DNA from: Candidatus Versatilivorator sp.
GTDB taxonomy: Bacteria; Acidobacteriota; Terriglobia; Versatilivoradales; Versatilivoraceae
Direction: 5' to 3'
NCBI GenBank assembly: GCA_965262635.1
Contig: OZ253547.1
Span: forward strand, 3,445,514 to 3,509,513
DNA length: 64,000 nucleotides
The position numbers and the translations under genes are program-made. Below are positions 26,261 through 36,818 of the stretch, piece by piece. Every line of letters begins with the position of its first letter. Positions within the stretch are counted from its first letter, which is position 1. The notes under the pieces were generated by a model, which was not told the DNA's origin, searched no databases, and saw only the letters and a list, made by a program, of their open reading frames with translations.

Positions 26261-27583
26261 CTAAACCAACCGGCCCACCAGATCATATTCCATGGCCTGG
26301 GTAATTTCAACGTTGCCAAATTCTCCTGAATCGGGGGGTGGGCCCTCCAGATCACTGATTAAAACCACGCCATCGATTCTGGGGGCTTGAGACTCCAGCC
26401 GGCCTTGCCAGAGCAGGTCGCTTTCGGCCGATTTTCCCTCCACCAGAACGGGTTGGCGCTCCCCCACCATACCCCGGTTCTTCCGTCGGGAAATTTTCGC
26501 TTGGAGGCCCATCAACCGCCGGCGGCGCCTTTCCACCAGGGATTGGGGCAGCTTCCCTTCCAGGCGGTAGCTGCCGGCCTCTTCCTCATCCGAATAGGCA
26601 AAGGTCCCCAGACGATCGAACTGGATCGTCTCCACAAAGCGGCACAGCTCCGCAAACTCCTCTTCGGTCTCGCCGGGATAACCCAGGATCATGGAGGTCC
26701 GCAACGTAATCCCCGGAACCCGTTCCCGAACCCGATCCAACAGCCGGGAAAGGCTGGAGCTGTTCCCTCCTCGCTTCATCGATCTAAGGATCCTCCCACT
26801 GGCATGCTGGAGCGGCATGTCCAGATACCGGCAGACCTTCTCCTCGTCCCGCATGGCCGCCAGCACATCCTCCCCGAGCTGTGAAGGAAAAGCGTAGAGG
26901 AAGCGAATCCACCCGATGCCCTCCACCCTGGCCAGTTCCCTCAAGAGCCGGGAGAGCCCCTGCTTGATTCCCAAATCGGCCCCGTACAGGGTGGTCTCCT
27001 GAGAAATCAAGACGATCTCCCTTGCTCCGCCGTCGGCCAGAAATCGGGCTTCCTTCAGGACGGAAGCCATGGGACGGCTGCGATGAGGGCCGCGAATCCT
27101 GGGGATGACGCAAAAGGAACAGGGGCGATCGCAACCCTCGGCAATTTTGATGTAGGCCGTGTGGCCGGGAGTCGTCAGCAGGCGGGGGGTTCTTTCGTCG
27201 TAAAGGTAATAGGGGTTCTCGATTCGCGGCCGGGCGCGATTCTCGCAGACGTCGATGATGGATTCCAACTGAGTGGTTCCCAGGACGGCATCCACCTCGG
27301 GAATCTCGGTTTGAATTTCATCCCTGTAGCGCTCTACCAGGCAGCCGGTAACCACCAGCCGGGAGCACTGACCGCTGTTCTTGAACTCGGCCATCTCCAG
27401 GATGGTATCCACGCTCTCTTGCTTGGCCTTGTCGATAAAGCCGCAGGTATTGACCACGATGATGTCTGCCCGTTCGGGTTGCGGCGTGATCTCGTACCCT
27501 CTTCGACGCAGCAGCCCCAGCATGACCTCGCTGTCGACAAGGTTTTTTTCGCAGCCCAGACTCACCAAGCCTATCTTCTTCAT
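26261..27583 (-). CDS. rimO: ribosomal protein S12 methylthiotransferase RimO (radical SAM plus TRAM)
   Basis: Starts MKKIGLVSLGCEKN; radical-SAM CxxxCxxC (CDRPCSFCVIP); C-terminal TRAM domain. Confidence 0.9.
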   Translation of the reverse strand: MKKIGLVSLGCEKNLVDSEVMLGLLRRRGYEITPQPERADIIVVNTCGFIDKAKQESVDTILEMAEFKNSGQCSRLVVTGCLVERYRDEIQTEIPEVDAVLGTTQLESIIDVCENRARPRIENPYYLYDERTPRLLTTPGHTAYIKIAEGCDRPCSFCVIPRIRGPHRSRPMASVLKEARFLADGGAREIVLISQETTLYGADLGIKQGLSRLLRELARVEGIGWIRFLYAFPSQLGEDVLAAMRDEEKVCRYLDMPLQHASGRILRSMKRGGNSSSLSRLLDRVRERVPGITLRTSMILGYPGETEEEFAELCRFVETIQFDRLGTFAYSDEEEAGSYRLEGKLPQSLVERRRRRLMGLQAKISRRKNRGMVGERQPVLVEGKSAESDLLWQGRLESQAPRIDGVVLISDLEGPPPDSGEFGNVEITQAMEYDLVGRLV

Positions 27584-27779
27584 AAAAATACTCTCGGAAC
27601 GAGTTTGCAGGAAGGTCCCGGCCAAAGCTGCCAGGAGCCGACAATTTCTGAGGGGCGGTCGGAGAACCCTGCATGGCTCGCGCTACTCGCGAGGCCGCCT
27701 GTCATTCTAGCACTTGCCCCCAAATCAGCAAGGGGAGTCCGCCCCGTGTTTCTTCCCGGGCCGGTGCATGATCGGGGGG

Positions 27780-28904
27780 TTATCGATATCCCACCTTGTA
27801 GATCGCGTAGTCCTCGTATCCGGTGGTGACGCGGAGGTAACCGCTCAGTTCCCGATTCAGAGATTCGTCGCCGGTGTCAACCAGGAGAGGTCTGCCCCCC
27901 AGGGAAGCCAGCTTTTCTTTGGTGGCTACCACCAGGAGACCCTGCTTCCCGACCTGCCGGAGCACGGTGGGGCTGATTTGCTGGTTTCCCCGACCCAGAA
28001 TATAGCCCTGTCCTCCAATAACGGTGATCACGATTCTGGCACGACGCCCGGCGGTCAGCTCAGTCAGCCGCCGCTCGGAGACGTCGCGGGCAACCAATCG
28101 GCGGTTGCAAACCACATCCACACCCAGCAGCGTGTTTGGAAGCCCCAACCTCTCCATGATGGATCGAGTGGTCGTCCCGGGTCCGATCACAAAAACCTCC
28201 GATTCCTGCATGGAATCGATGACGTCCTCAGCCATCCCGGCCAGAGCCTGAGCTTCGGACGCCATGCCTCCCGCCTTCATTCTTTGGACATACCGGTTTT
28301 CCACGGGTACCCGCAGATAACCGTAGAGCCTGGCGTCGACCACGCCTTGACGATAGGCCTCCTCGTCAATGTCCATGACCTCGCCCTCTCGAACGCCTCT
28401 CAACCGCCCCTCGAGAACCCCACGGGCCACCTCTCCGGCGTCCCGGGGTGTCACGGCGTAGACGGCTGAATGAATCTTGACTCCGGCCGGGATTCCCAGG
28501 GTTACCAGTTGGCGGCCCACGGCCTTGCACACATTCCGGGCGGTCCCGTCACCTCCCGCAAACAGGAGCAGGTCCACCTCTCGCTCCAAGAGCTGTCTGG
28601 CAGCCTGCTCGGTGTCTTCCCAGGTGGTTTCCCTTCCCGGCATGGAATCCAGAATCCGAGGGGCCAGACCGGCCCGACGGCAGACATCCTCCCCCATCTG
28701 CCGGGGACAGGTGATCCATTGCACCGGCTCTTTCATTCCCGCTAAGGCGGCCAGAGTCTGGCTGACCCTCTTCGGGGCTTCCGGAGTCGCACCCAGCTTT
28801 CGGGCCAGGCGCAGGACTTCAGGACCGTCACTGCCCTTGAGCCCGACCTTGCCTCCCATCCCGGCGACGGGGTTGACAATGAGCCCCACGCTCTTCATCG
28901 GCAA
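27780..28904 (-). CDS. ATP-NAD kinase family protein (AcoX-like)
   Basis: 374 aa with GGDGT motif and NAD-kinase fold blocks. Confidence 0.55.
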   Translation of the reverse strand: MPMKSVGLIVNPVAGMGGKVGLKGSDGPEVLRLARKLGATPEAPKRVSQTLAALAGMKEPVQWITCPRQMGEDVCRRAGLAPRILDSMPGRETTWEDTEQAARQLLEREVDLLLFAGGDGTARNVCKAVGRQLVTLGIPAGVKIHSAVYAVTPRDAGEVARGVLEGRLRGVREGEVMDIDEEAYRQGVVDARLYGYLRVPVENRYVQRMKAGGMASEAQALAGMAEDVIDSMQESEVFVIGPGTTTRSIMERLGLPNTLLGVDVVCNRRLVARDVSERRLTELTAGRRARIVITVIGGQGYILGRGNQQISPTVLRQVGKQGLLVVATKEKLASLGGRPLLVDTGDESLNRELSGYLRVTTGYEDYAIYKVGYR

Positions 28905-30482
28905 TTATGGCGACCCGTTGCCGGCACCGGCCTGCTTTTTCCTCCGGTACTGGCGCCAGGTGACGGCGATTCTCTCCGGCTCGTCGATGCCGGGTGAGGG
29001 AACTTTGTGGACCACCGAGTTGTGGGGAGCGTTCTTGACGAATTCCGGATCCCGGTAAGCCTCCCGGGAAATTTGACGGAGGACGGCGATGTACTCGTCC
29101 AGATCGTCCTTGGAATAGGACTCGCAGGGTTCCAGGGTAAAAGGCTCCGGTACAATCCAGGGAGGATGACTCATCCAGTAGTGCTGCAGTCCGAAGTCGG
29201 CCATTCTCCGCATCACGTCTTCGGTCCCGACTCCGGTGTCCTGCTTCAGCTTGTCCCAGGAGTAGCGAACCTGCTCAAGGCGGCGTTTTCCTTCGGCATA
29301 CTGAATGACGACCCCCGGGATCTCGCTCAGCTTCTTGAGCAGATAGTTGTTGTTGAGCACCGAGCACTCGGCGACTTCCCGCAGCCCGTCAGCGCCGTGC
29401 TGCAAGATCCAGGCATAGGCCCGCAGAATCGTGGGCGCATTTCCGAGGAAGCACCGTACTCTGCCAATGCTATCCGGCCGGTCATATTCCAGACGGTACT
29501 TCTTCCCGTCAAATGCCACCCGCGGGATCGGCAGAAACCGGCCCAGTTCCCGGACCACTCCGACGGCCCCGGTGGAATGCCCCATACAGGCATGGGGGGA
29601 GGAGAAGGTCTTGTGAATATTGAAGTGGCACAAGTCGAACCCGGCTTCCCTGGCTCGCGTGATGCCCAGGATCCCGTTGGCGTTGGCCTGATCGTAGGCA
29701 CAGAGCGCCCCCACCCGGTGGGCGGCCTTGACGTACTCATCGATCCTGGGATTGTAGATTCCGGTATCCTCCGGGTTGGTGACAAAAATTCCGGCGGTGC
29801 GCTCGGACAGGGCCGCTTTCATGGCTTCCAGGTCGGGATATCCACTCTCGCCGGGCATGAGCGTGATCACTTTGAATCCGGCGGTGGCCGGACTGGCGGC
29901 ATCACAGGGGTGCGAGAACAGGGTGGTAATGATTTCCGATCTTTTCTCATCCTTCCTGGCCTCGTGATAGGCCCGAACGATGCAAGCATTGGCGTAGACT
30001 CCCTGGGCGCCGCCCCCGGGTTGGAAACTGAAATGGTCCAGCCCCGAGATCTCCTTGAGGAACTCCTCCAACCGGAAATAGATCTCCAGAATGCCCTGAA
30101 TGGTGTCCTCGTCCTGGAGGGGATGAACATCCCGGAGGCCAGGGTTTCCGACCAGTTGTTCGTGAACCTTGGGGCTGTATTTCATGGTACAGGTCCCCTC
30201 ACTGGCATCGACGGTCATGTCCGCGCCCATGGTCTCCTGAGACAATCTCAGAAAGTGGCGGAGGACCCGAACCTGATTCACTTCGGGCAGTGCAGCCGGC
30301 TTCCGTCTTCTGAGGTTTTCCGGAATCCTGGAAACCCCGTCCCCAACCTCAGCCTCTATTTCCGTTTCAATCCTGGGGAGGAGAATTCCTCTTTCGCCGG
30401 GGACACTCATCTCGCAGATGATCTGCTCGTCCCACCTTGCCTGATGAAACTTCCGCAACAGCGTGGTCTTGTTCCTGCCCAT
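28905..30482 (-). CDS. gcvPB: glycine dehydrogenase (decarboxylating) subunit 2
   Basis: 525 aa; PLP-dependent GcvPB blocks, high similarity throughout. Confidence 0.9.
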   Translation of the reverse strand: MGRNKTTLLRKFHQARWDEQIICEMSVPGERGILLPRIETEIEAEVGDGVSRIPENLRRRKPAALPEVNQVRVLRHFLRLSQETMGADMTVDASEGTCTMKYSPKVHEQLVGNPGLRDVHPLQDEDTIQGILEIYFRLEEFLKEISGLDHFSFQPGGGAQGVYANACIVRAYHEARKDEKRSEIITTLFSHPCDAASPATAGFKVITLMPGESGYPDLEAMKAALSERTAGIFVTNPEDTGIYNPRIDEYVKAAHRVGALCAYDQANANGILGITRAREAGFDLCHFNIHKTFSSPHACMGHSTGAVGVVRELGRFLPIPRVAFDGKKYRLEYDRPDSIGRVRCFLGNAPTILRAYAWILQHGADGLREVAECSVLNNNYLLKKLSEIPGVVIQYAEGKRRLEQVRYSWDKLKQDTGVGTEDVMRRMADFGLQHYWMSHPPWIVPEPFTLEPCESYSKDDLDEYIAVLRQISREAYRDPEFVKNAPHNSVVHKVPSPGIDEPERIAVTWRQYRRKKQAGAGNGSP

Positions 30483-30516
30483 CGAATCGTCTCCTGGGGC
30501 AACCGGTCGATGACGC

Positions 30517-31926
30517 TCAACCTTGCCCTGTAACAGTCTCCAAGGCGATGACCAGCCTGTCGATGTCTTCCTTCGTCATGATTTCGGTCACGCAGTAGAG
30601 GGCGCTCCGCCCCAGTTCCGGGAACTCCCGAGAGAGGTCCTTGCCACCGATGATCCGGTGCTCCAGCAGGGACTTGTTGACCTGCTCCACGCTCTGGCCG
30701 GTGTCTCGAAAACTCACCACGAACTCCTTGAAGAAGGGTGTGGGAAAGAGAACGTCGACACCCTCGATCCCGGCAATTCGCTTGGCAGCATACTGGGCCT
30801 TCTGCATGATGACCTGACCCAGCTCCTGCATCCCTTTCGGCCCTAACAGGGCCAGATAGACCCCTGCCGTGATGGCCCACAACCCGGTGGTGGTTCCCGT
30901 GTATTCCTTGCCCTTTTCCCGGGAACCGTAGGAGGTCCGTTCGAAAAGCACCTCTCCAAAGCCATATTCCCCTTCGCGAACCGTTTCGGTGAGACCAAAC
31001 ATCAAATCCTTGAATTCGGCGATATATCTCATGTCGTCATGGGTGGCGATAAAGCCTCCCTGTCCACCACCACAGAGCAGATGCATGCCCAGAGGATGAA
31101 AATCCCCGCAGGCGAAGGTGGCCCCGTAGCTTGCCGGGGGGGCCATCACACCCAGAGCGATGGGGTCGGTGTAGACCACCAGTTCGGCGCCCTGGGCTCG
31201 AACCATCCGGCTGACCTCCTCGGCTTGGGTTTCAATCACACCCAGGTAGGCGGGGTTTTCGATCACCACCGCCGCCGTCCGCTCGGTAAGCTTGGAACTC
31301 AGGTCGCGGATATCCACCAAGCCGGTTGCCGGATCCATCTCGATGAGCCCGATTTCGAGTGTGGGGTCCCTGCTCCCCTTGAGATAGTTCCTGATCACGG
31401 ACAGGGTCTCCCAACCCATGGACCTGGGCAGGAGCACCTGAGGGCGTCCGGTGATCCGGGAGGCCATGCGCAGTGAAGTGGCGGCCGCCTGAGGACCGTC
31501 ATACAGGGGGCAGCTCAGGACATCCATCTCCAGCAGATCCCCCATCAGACTGGCGTACTCGAAAAATGCCTGCCACTTGCCATGATCGGCATAGGACTCC
31601 CCCACGTAAGCCGTGAGGAACTCAGCACGGTTATTGATCTCGTCGCAGACCGCCGGCACGTAGTGCTGAGCACAGCCGGCCCCCAGAAAATTGAGGTGCT
31701 CCGAACAATTCCTGTTCTTCTGCAGCAGCCGCTCCACGTGCCTCTTGATCGACGCCTCGTCCAGAATGGGCTCCGGCAGATTCAGCCTTCTCCCAAGCCG
31801 CAAATGGCTCGGAATCTCGGCATACAGATCCTCGATGCCGGCGGCGCCTATCTCCTCGAGCATCTGCGCCTTGATTTCCGGGACCGAGTTTGGAATATAG
31901 GGATAAACGATTGGGTCGTTGCTCAT
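30517..31926 (-). CDS. gcvPA: glycine dehydrogenase (decarboxylating) subunit 1
   Basis: About 470 aa from MSNDPIVYPYIPNS; canonical GcvPA N-terminus. Confidence 0.9.
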   Translation of the reverse strand: MSNDPIVYPYIPNSVPEIKAQMLEEIGAAGIEDLYAEIPSHLRLGRRLNLPEPILDEASIKRHVERLLQKNRNCSEHLNFLGAGCAQHYVPAVCDEINNRAEFLTAYVGESYADHGKWQAFFEYASLMGDLLEMDVLSCPLYDGPQAAATSLRMASRITGRPQVLLPRSMGWETLSVIRNYLKGSRDPTLEIGLIEMDPATGLVDIRDLSSKLTERTAAVVIENPAYLGVIETQAEEVSRMVRAQGAELVVYTDPIALGVMAPPASYGATFACGDFHPLGMHLLCGGGQGGFIATHDDMRYIAEFKDLMFGLTETVREGEYGFGEVLFERTSYGSREKGKEYTGTTTGLWAITAGVYLALLGPKGMQELGQVIMQKAQYAAKRIAGIEGVDVLFPTPFFKEFVVSFRDTGQSVEQVNKSLLEHRIIGGKDLSREFPELGRSALYCVTEIMTKEDIDRLVIALETVTGQG

Positions 31927-31979
31927 CACCACTCCTGTAGCCCTGCCTGACGGCAAAATGCGGGACAGCGCCGGCAGTT

Positions 31980-33413
31980 CTACCTACTCACTTCACACCA
32001 ATCCATGACCAGCAAGGCATAGGCCTTGGTCGCCACCATCAGCTCGTCGATTTCGACGTACTCGTCGGCAGCGTGTGCGACCAGGATGCTTCCAGGCCCG
32101 TAGACAATGCTCGGAATCCCCTGCGGGTTGAGAAAGGCCGCATCGCAAACCGCGTAAAATCCAGCGAACCTGGCTGGAACGTCGAAGCGCGTTCCCTGCG
32201 CGGCTTCCCCGTGGGCGGCTGCCATGGCTTGACAGATCGCGTGGCCGGGGTCCACCGAAAAGGCCGGCCAGTTGACCTTCCATTCCACCTTGGGCGGATG
32301 GTCCCGGAGCCACTCGTCCAACTCGCAGGCATGGTGGAGATAGTTCTCGAACTCCTGCCGGACCTCCTGGGGGGTATCCTGGGGGTGATACCACAGGCAA
32401 TACTCGATCGTGCAGTAGTCCGAGATGAAAAAGGGCACCTGCACGCCGTGAGGGCCTCCCGAAATGACCCCCGGCAACATGGTGAAATGACCGGGCTTGA
32501 AGAGGGGATGCTTCTTGGTCAACCCCCACTCGTCTTCCAGCTTGCGGATGGCGTTGACCAGGTAGACGCCCTTGTCGATGGCATTGACGGCAACCTCGGC
32601 TCCGAGGCCGCCGGCCCGAAAGGTCTCTCCCCGGGTAGAGGCGTGGCCGGTCTTCCCTTCTACGGTCACACTGACCCACCACAAGCCCGGAGAAACCGGC
32701 ACCACCGCCAGGGGGTGAGGCGGCGCCGAAGGCTCTGAGACCACCGCGGCGTCAGCCCGGTAACCCCTCTTGGGCAGATCGCCGGCGCCGATGGTGGCGC
32801 TGTCCATATTCTCTTCTCCCGCGGTGGCGCTGAGAGTCAGGTCCCCCTTGAGCCTGAGACCCACCGCCTGAATGGCTTTGACCGCCATCATCTGAGAAAC
32901 CAGCGGTCCCTTCATGTCGCAGGAGCCCCGCCCGTAGATTCGGCCTCCCTCGACTTTGCCGCTCAGTGGATGGCCCGACTTCCATTTTTCGGGTAAACCG
33001 GTGGGAACCGTATCGATGTGGCCATTGAAAAGTAGCGACCTGCCTCCGCCGGCACCCTGCCAGACGCCGGCCAGATTGGCCCGTTTGGGCTCCACTTCCC
33101 ATAGATCGACGTTGAGCCCAAGTTGTTGGTAGTGTCCGGCCAGGTACCGATTGGCTTCCGTTTCCCCGCCGACTTCCGCCTGGTAGTCCGTCCCCGGGTA
33201 ACCCGGATTGATGCTGCGAATCTGCACCAGTTCACTGACGGCGTTCACAATTTCATCCTGCATGCCGTCAATGGCGTCCACAACGCTGCGCTTCTCAGCC
33301 TTGGTTGCCACTCCGCCCTCCTGTTTCAGAAAATCCCAATGGTTGGAGTAGTCTAACACCGTTTGTAGTGCTAAGTGGATAGCGCATAGAAGAACACTGA
33401 GGTTGTCCACCAA
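31980..33413 (-). CDS. M20-family metallopeptidase (ArgE/DapE/ACY1-like)
   Basis: LLFNGHIDTVP metal-binding motif and GRGSCDMKG catalytic block. Confidence 0.8.
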   Translation of the reverse strand: MVDNLSVLLCAIHLALQTVLDYSNHWDFLKQEGGVATKAEKRSVVDAIDGMQDEIVNAVSELVQIRSINPGYPGTDYQAEVGGETEANRYLAGHYQQLGLNVDLWEVEPKRANLAGVWQGAGGGRSLLFNGHIDTVPTGLPEKWKSGHPLSGKVEGGRIYGRGSCDMKGPLVSQMMAVKAIQAVGLRLKGDLTLSATAGEENMDSATIGAGDLPKRGYRADAAVVSEPSAPPHPLAVVPVSPGLWWVSVTVEGKTGHASTRGETFRAGGLGAEVAVNAIDKGVYLVNAIRKLEDEWGLTKKHPLFKPGHFTMLPGVISGGPHGVQVPFFISDYCTIEYCLWYHPQDTPQEVRQEFENYLHHACELDEWLRDHPPKVEWKVNWPAFSVDPGHAICQAMAAAHGEAAQGTRFDVPARFAGFYAVCDAAFLNPQGIPSIVYGPGSILVAHAADEYVEIDELMVATKAYALLVMDWCEVSR

Positions 33414-33429
33414 GTCCGCGAGGTCACAC

Positions 33430-33709
33430 CGAGGTCACGAAATTATGTTCCCGGCGTTCGGTCTCGGCGTCGGGTATGAGTAGATTCTTGATTTACATGG
33501 ATGGACAGGATAGACAGGATGTTTTGTCGCCAACCGGCTTCTCCCGAAAGAGTCCTTGCTCCGGAAAAGCCACAACGATCCTCTCGAATGATGCGCTCCG
33601 TCGTGTGGGGCGGGGGCCGGACTTGCCTGAAACACTTGAGCGTTATCCGCAAAGGACAAAAAAAATATCCACGAAGGGGCACGAAGGACCACGAAGGGCC
33701 ACTAAGGGG
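33430..33709. repeat. Family A repeat locus 2 (partial R1 33560-33630; R3 iterations 33664-33709), left half of a repeat array split by the IS1634 insertion
   Basis: CCACGAAGGGGCACGAAGGACCACGAAGGGCCACTAAGGGG matches reverse complement of 13100-13145. Confidence 0.65.
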
Positions 33710-35721
33710 AACTTCATTAAACAAAAAGCGAGCTAACACCAGGTAAGTGCCTGTATTCATGGGACATATACGTATGTCGAGGTGATAAAGGGCTGTATTA
33801 TTGTTGCCATGTATTAAAAGATATGGCATAGTTCATTGAACTTATATACAATATCTTGTGTTGCATATGATGTTGCCATGTACCGGGTGCCGCCATGTCC
33901 ATCCGCGTCCACGTTATCCCCAACCGCTCCAGCCCTCCTGCCGTCCTCCTCAGAAAAACTTGGCGCGAGGGGAAACGAATCCGGCGACAGACCCTCGCCA
34001 ACCTTTCGAAAGTCCCCAAACCGGTCGTCGACGCCATCCGCGCTTTCCTCCAAGGCGGCGTCGTCTTTGAAACCCTCGACGATGCCGCCGCCATCCGAAG
34101 GTCGCTGCCACACGGGCATGTGGCGGCCCTGCTCGGCCTGGCGACCCAACTCGGTCTTCCCCGCATCCTCAACCGAAAGCCCTGCCGCCAACGTGACCTC
34201 GCACTGGCCGCCGTCATCGCACGCCTCATCCACCCGGCCTCGAAGCTCGCCACCGCCAGGGCCTTGTCCCCCGAGACCGCCGACAGCAGCCTCGGGGTCC
34301 TGCTCGGCCTCGGGGGCGTCTCTGGAAACGAGCTGCTCGACATGCTCGACTGGCTCAGCAACCGCCAACCCTGGATCGAACAAAGTCTTTCCCGCAGGCA
34401 TCTTCACAACACCACCCTGATCCTCTACGACGTGACCTCGACCTACCTCGAGGGGCAGCAATGCCCGTTGGCCGCCTTCGGTCACAACCGCGACGGAAAG
34501 AAGGGGAAAAAGCAGATGGTCTTCGGCCTGCTCTGCGCCGCTGACGGCTGTCCGGTCGCGGTCGAAGTCTTCCCCGGCAACACCGCCGACCCGACCACGC
34601 TGGCCGCCCAGGTCCGCAAGATCCGGGACCGCTTCGGGGTCCGCCGGGTGGCCCTGGTGGGCGACCGCGGCATGATCACCTCCGCACGCATCCGCACCGA
34701 TCTGTTACCGGTCGGCCTGGACTGGATCTCGGCCCTGCGCACGGTCGACCTCCGCAAACTGCTGAAGGCCCCCAGGGGTAATCCTGCCGGGGCGCCCCTG
34801 CGTCCCGAGGCACTGGTCCCCGACACGGTGGCCGAAATCCTCAGCCCCGAGTTCCCCGGCGAACGCCTCCTGGTCTGCTTCAACCCGCGGCTGCGCCAGC
34901 AACGCGCCCGCAAGCGCGAGGATCTGCTGCGGGCCACCGAAGCCACCCTCGCAAAGATCGCCGCGGCCGCCCGCAAGCACAGGCCCGGGCCAGAGAACCG
35001 AGACCGGACCCTGCAGTCCCTCGGCAGACAGGCCCACCGGCATAAGGTGGAGAAACACTTCGACCTCACCGTCACCGATGACGATCTGCAGTGGTCCCGC
35101 AACCGGGAGAAGATCAAGGCCGAGGCACGCCTGGACGGTATCTACGTCATCCGGACCAATCTCGACACCGCAGCCATCGACACCCACGCGGCAGTGGCGG
35201 CCTACAAGAGCCTCTCGCAGGTCGAACGGGCCTTTCGTTCGATGAAGATGACCCGGCTCCACGTGCGCCCGGTCTTCGTCTACACCGAACAGCACGTGCT
35301 CGGGCATGTGTTCCTCTGCCTGCTGGCCTGGTACCTGGAATGGCACCTGCGCCGGCGTCTGGCACCCTTGCTGTTCGAGGATGAGGCCCCTCCGGTGCGG
35401 GACTCACCCGTGCAAAAGGCCGAACCGTCGCAGCAAGCCAAGGCGAAGGCCGCCACCAAGAGAACCCCCGACGGCGATCCGGTGCACAGTGTCACGACGC
35501 TGCTCAATGATCTGGCCACCGTGACCCTCAATGAGGTCACGCTCCCCGGACATCCCGACAGTGCCTTCCCCCTGGTGACGAAATCGACGCCACTGCAGGC
35601 CAAGGTGTTCGCTTTACTGAAAATCGATCCCGAGGCAGCTGTTGCCATAAACAGGGCAGGTTGATTTTGAATAAACTCCCTTTTTACAACTAAATACGCC
35701 TATTTTGCTCGTGAAGTTCCG
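33710..35721 (+). mobile_element. IS1634-family insertion sequence (~2.0 kb) with 9-bp target-site duplication ACTAAGGGG (33701-33709 / 35722-35730)
   Basis: Joining the flanks reproduces exactly the uninterrupted paralogous repeat CCACTAAGGGGTTGGAGAAGG found in reverse orientation at 13091-13111. Termini GGAACTTCA.../...TGAAGTTCC(G) are inverted. Confidence 0.8.
33895..35664 (+). CDS. IS1634-family (IS4-like) DDE transposase
   Basis: 589 aa; YDVTSTYLEG...GHNRDGKKGKKQMVFGLL block and DDE region typical of IS1634 transposases. Confidence 0.85.
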   Translation: MSIRVHVIPNRSSPPAVLLRKTWREGKRIRRQTLANLSKVPKPVVDAIRAFLQGGVVFETLDDAAAIRRSLPHGHVAALLGLATQLGLPRILNRKPCRQRDLALAAVIARLIHPASKLATARALSPETADSSLGVLLGLGGVSGNELLDMLDWLSNRQPWIEQSLSRRHLHNTTLILYDVTSTYLEGQQCPLAAFGHNRDGKKGKKQMVFGLLCAADGCPVAVEVFPGNTADPTTLAAQVRKIRDRFGVRRVALVGDRGMITSARIRTDLLPVGLDWISALRTVDLRKLLKAPRGNPAGAPLRPEALVPDTVAEILSPEFPGERLLVCFNPRLRQQRARKREDLLRATEATLAKIAAAARKHRPGPENRDRTLQSLGRQAHRHKVEKHFDLTVTDDDLQWSRNREKIKAEARLDGIYVIRTNLDTAAIDTHAAVAAYKSLSQVERAFRSMKMTRLHVRPVFVYTEQHVLGHVFLCLLAWYLEWHLRRRLAPLLFEDEAPPVRDSPVQKAEPSQQAKAKAATKRTPDGDPVHSVTTLLNDLATVTLNEVTLPGHPDSAFPLVTKSTPLQAKVFALLKIDPEAAVAINRAG

Positions 35722-36620
35722 ACTAAGGGGTTGGAGAAGGCTCAAGAGGGATCCGCCAAAGGTCGGGAAGGGGGAATAGATTTCCACGAAGGGCGCTAAA
35801 GTATCTGTTAAGGGGGCAAGAGATTAATCCGCGAAGGGACTCTAAGGGGTTGGAAAAGACTCGAAAGGGGTCCGTGAAGGGCTACGAAGAAAGACACTAA
35901 GGGGGAAAAGTTATCCACGAAGGGCACGAAGTCACACCCAGGGCGCAAAATTGCAGTAGCATTTTGGCACCGCTTGTCGTTGAAGTAGGTCTATCTGTCT
36001 TCGTGGCTATTCATGTCCATTCGTGGTTCGTCTTCATGAACGATCGGCCGTTTTTCCTCGAATGATCCTCACGGCATGGCGGGGGCCGGCTCGCCGGCAA
36101 ACGGGAGTTTCCCAAAGGGTGCACGTCGGCTTTCTGAGAACTCGCCCGGCGCCCACCCCCCACCGCATCAGCCTTCGCCTGACGGCTCGGCTTCTGCGAC
36201 TCCCCCTCAAGGGGGGAGTGATTGCCCTGGGAGCGCGGGCGTCCCGCCCGCATCCTGTCCCTTTCCCCGCCGCTGAGCTTCAGTGCGATGCTGCAGGCAG
36301 CCACCCTGTCGGCGGGAACAGCAGCGGCTAGGCCGAAGGAGAGCCATGGCGCCGTTCCCGGTTGATCCAAGTGGGGGAGATGGCCCAGGCTGTGCCAGGC
36401 TTGGTGCGGGCGGGACGCCCGCGCTCCCAGGAAGCCTTCATCCCATGACCTCGTCACTCCAAGGGCACCAAATGGCAGACGCATTTTGGTGCCACTTGTC
36501 GTTGAAGGAGGTCCATCTCTCTTCTGGTCTATTTGTGTTTATTCGTGTCCATTCGTGGTTCGTCTTCATAAACAATCGGCCGTTTTTCCTCGAATGATCC
36601 GCACGGCAGGGCGGGGGCGC
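35722..36620. repeat. Family A repeat locus 3: R2/R3 modules 35722-35930; two R1 copies 35925-36075 and 36465-36615; includes a family-B fragment 36140-36215
   Basis: Direct comparison with 12735-13145 and 19824-20255. Confidence 0.7.
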
Positions 36621-36818
36621 CACTAATCACTAGCCACTGCCTGTCAGGGAAGGCTGCTCAACAGCGAGTTGGGATATCATAGGCCGGTATCCGGGAACGG
36701 GACGCACGGCGACAGTCCCTGCACTGCCCGGCCAAGGGTGTACAGCGGGCAGGCGCCCGGCAGGGAGAGCAGCAAAGCTGTCGGAGGGGCCTGCATACGA
36801 AATCCTGAGGGATTTGAG

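Noticed and set aside
33814-34485. 223-aa minus-strand ORF overlapping the IS1634 transposase gene
   Set aside because: It is antisense to a well-supported transposase and has no recognisable domains.
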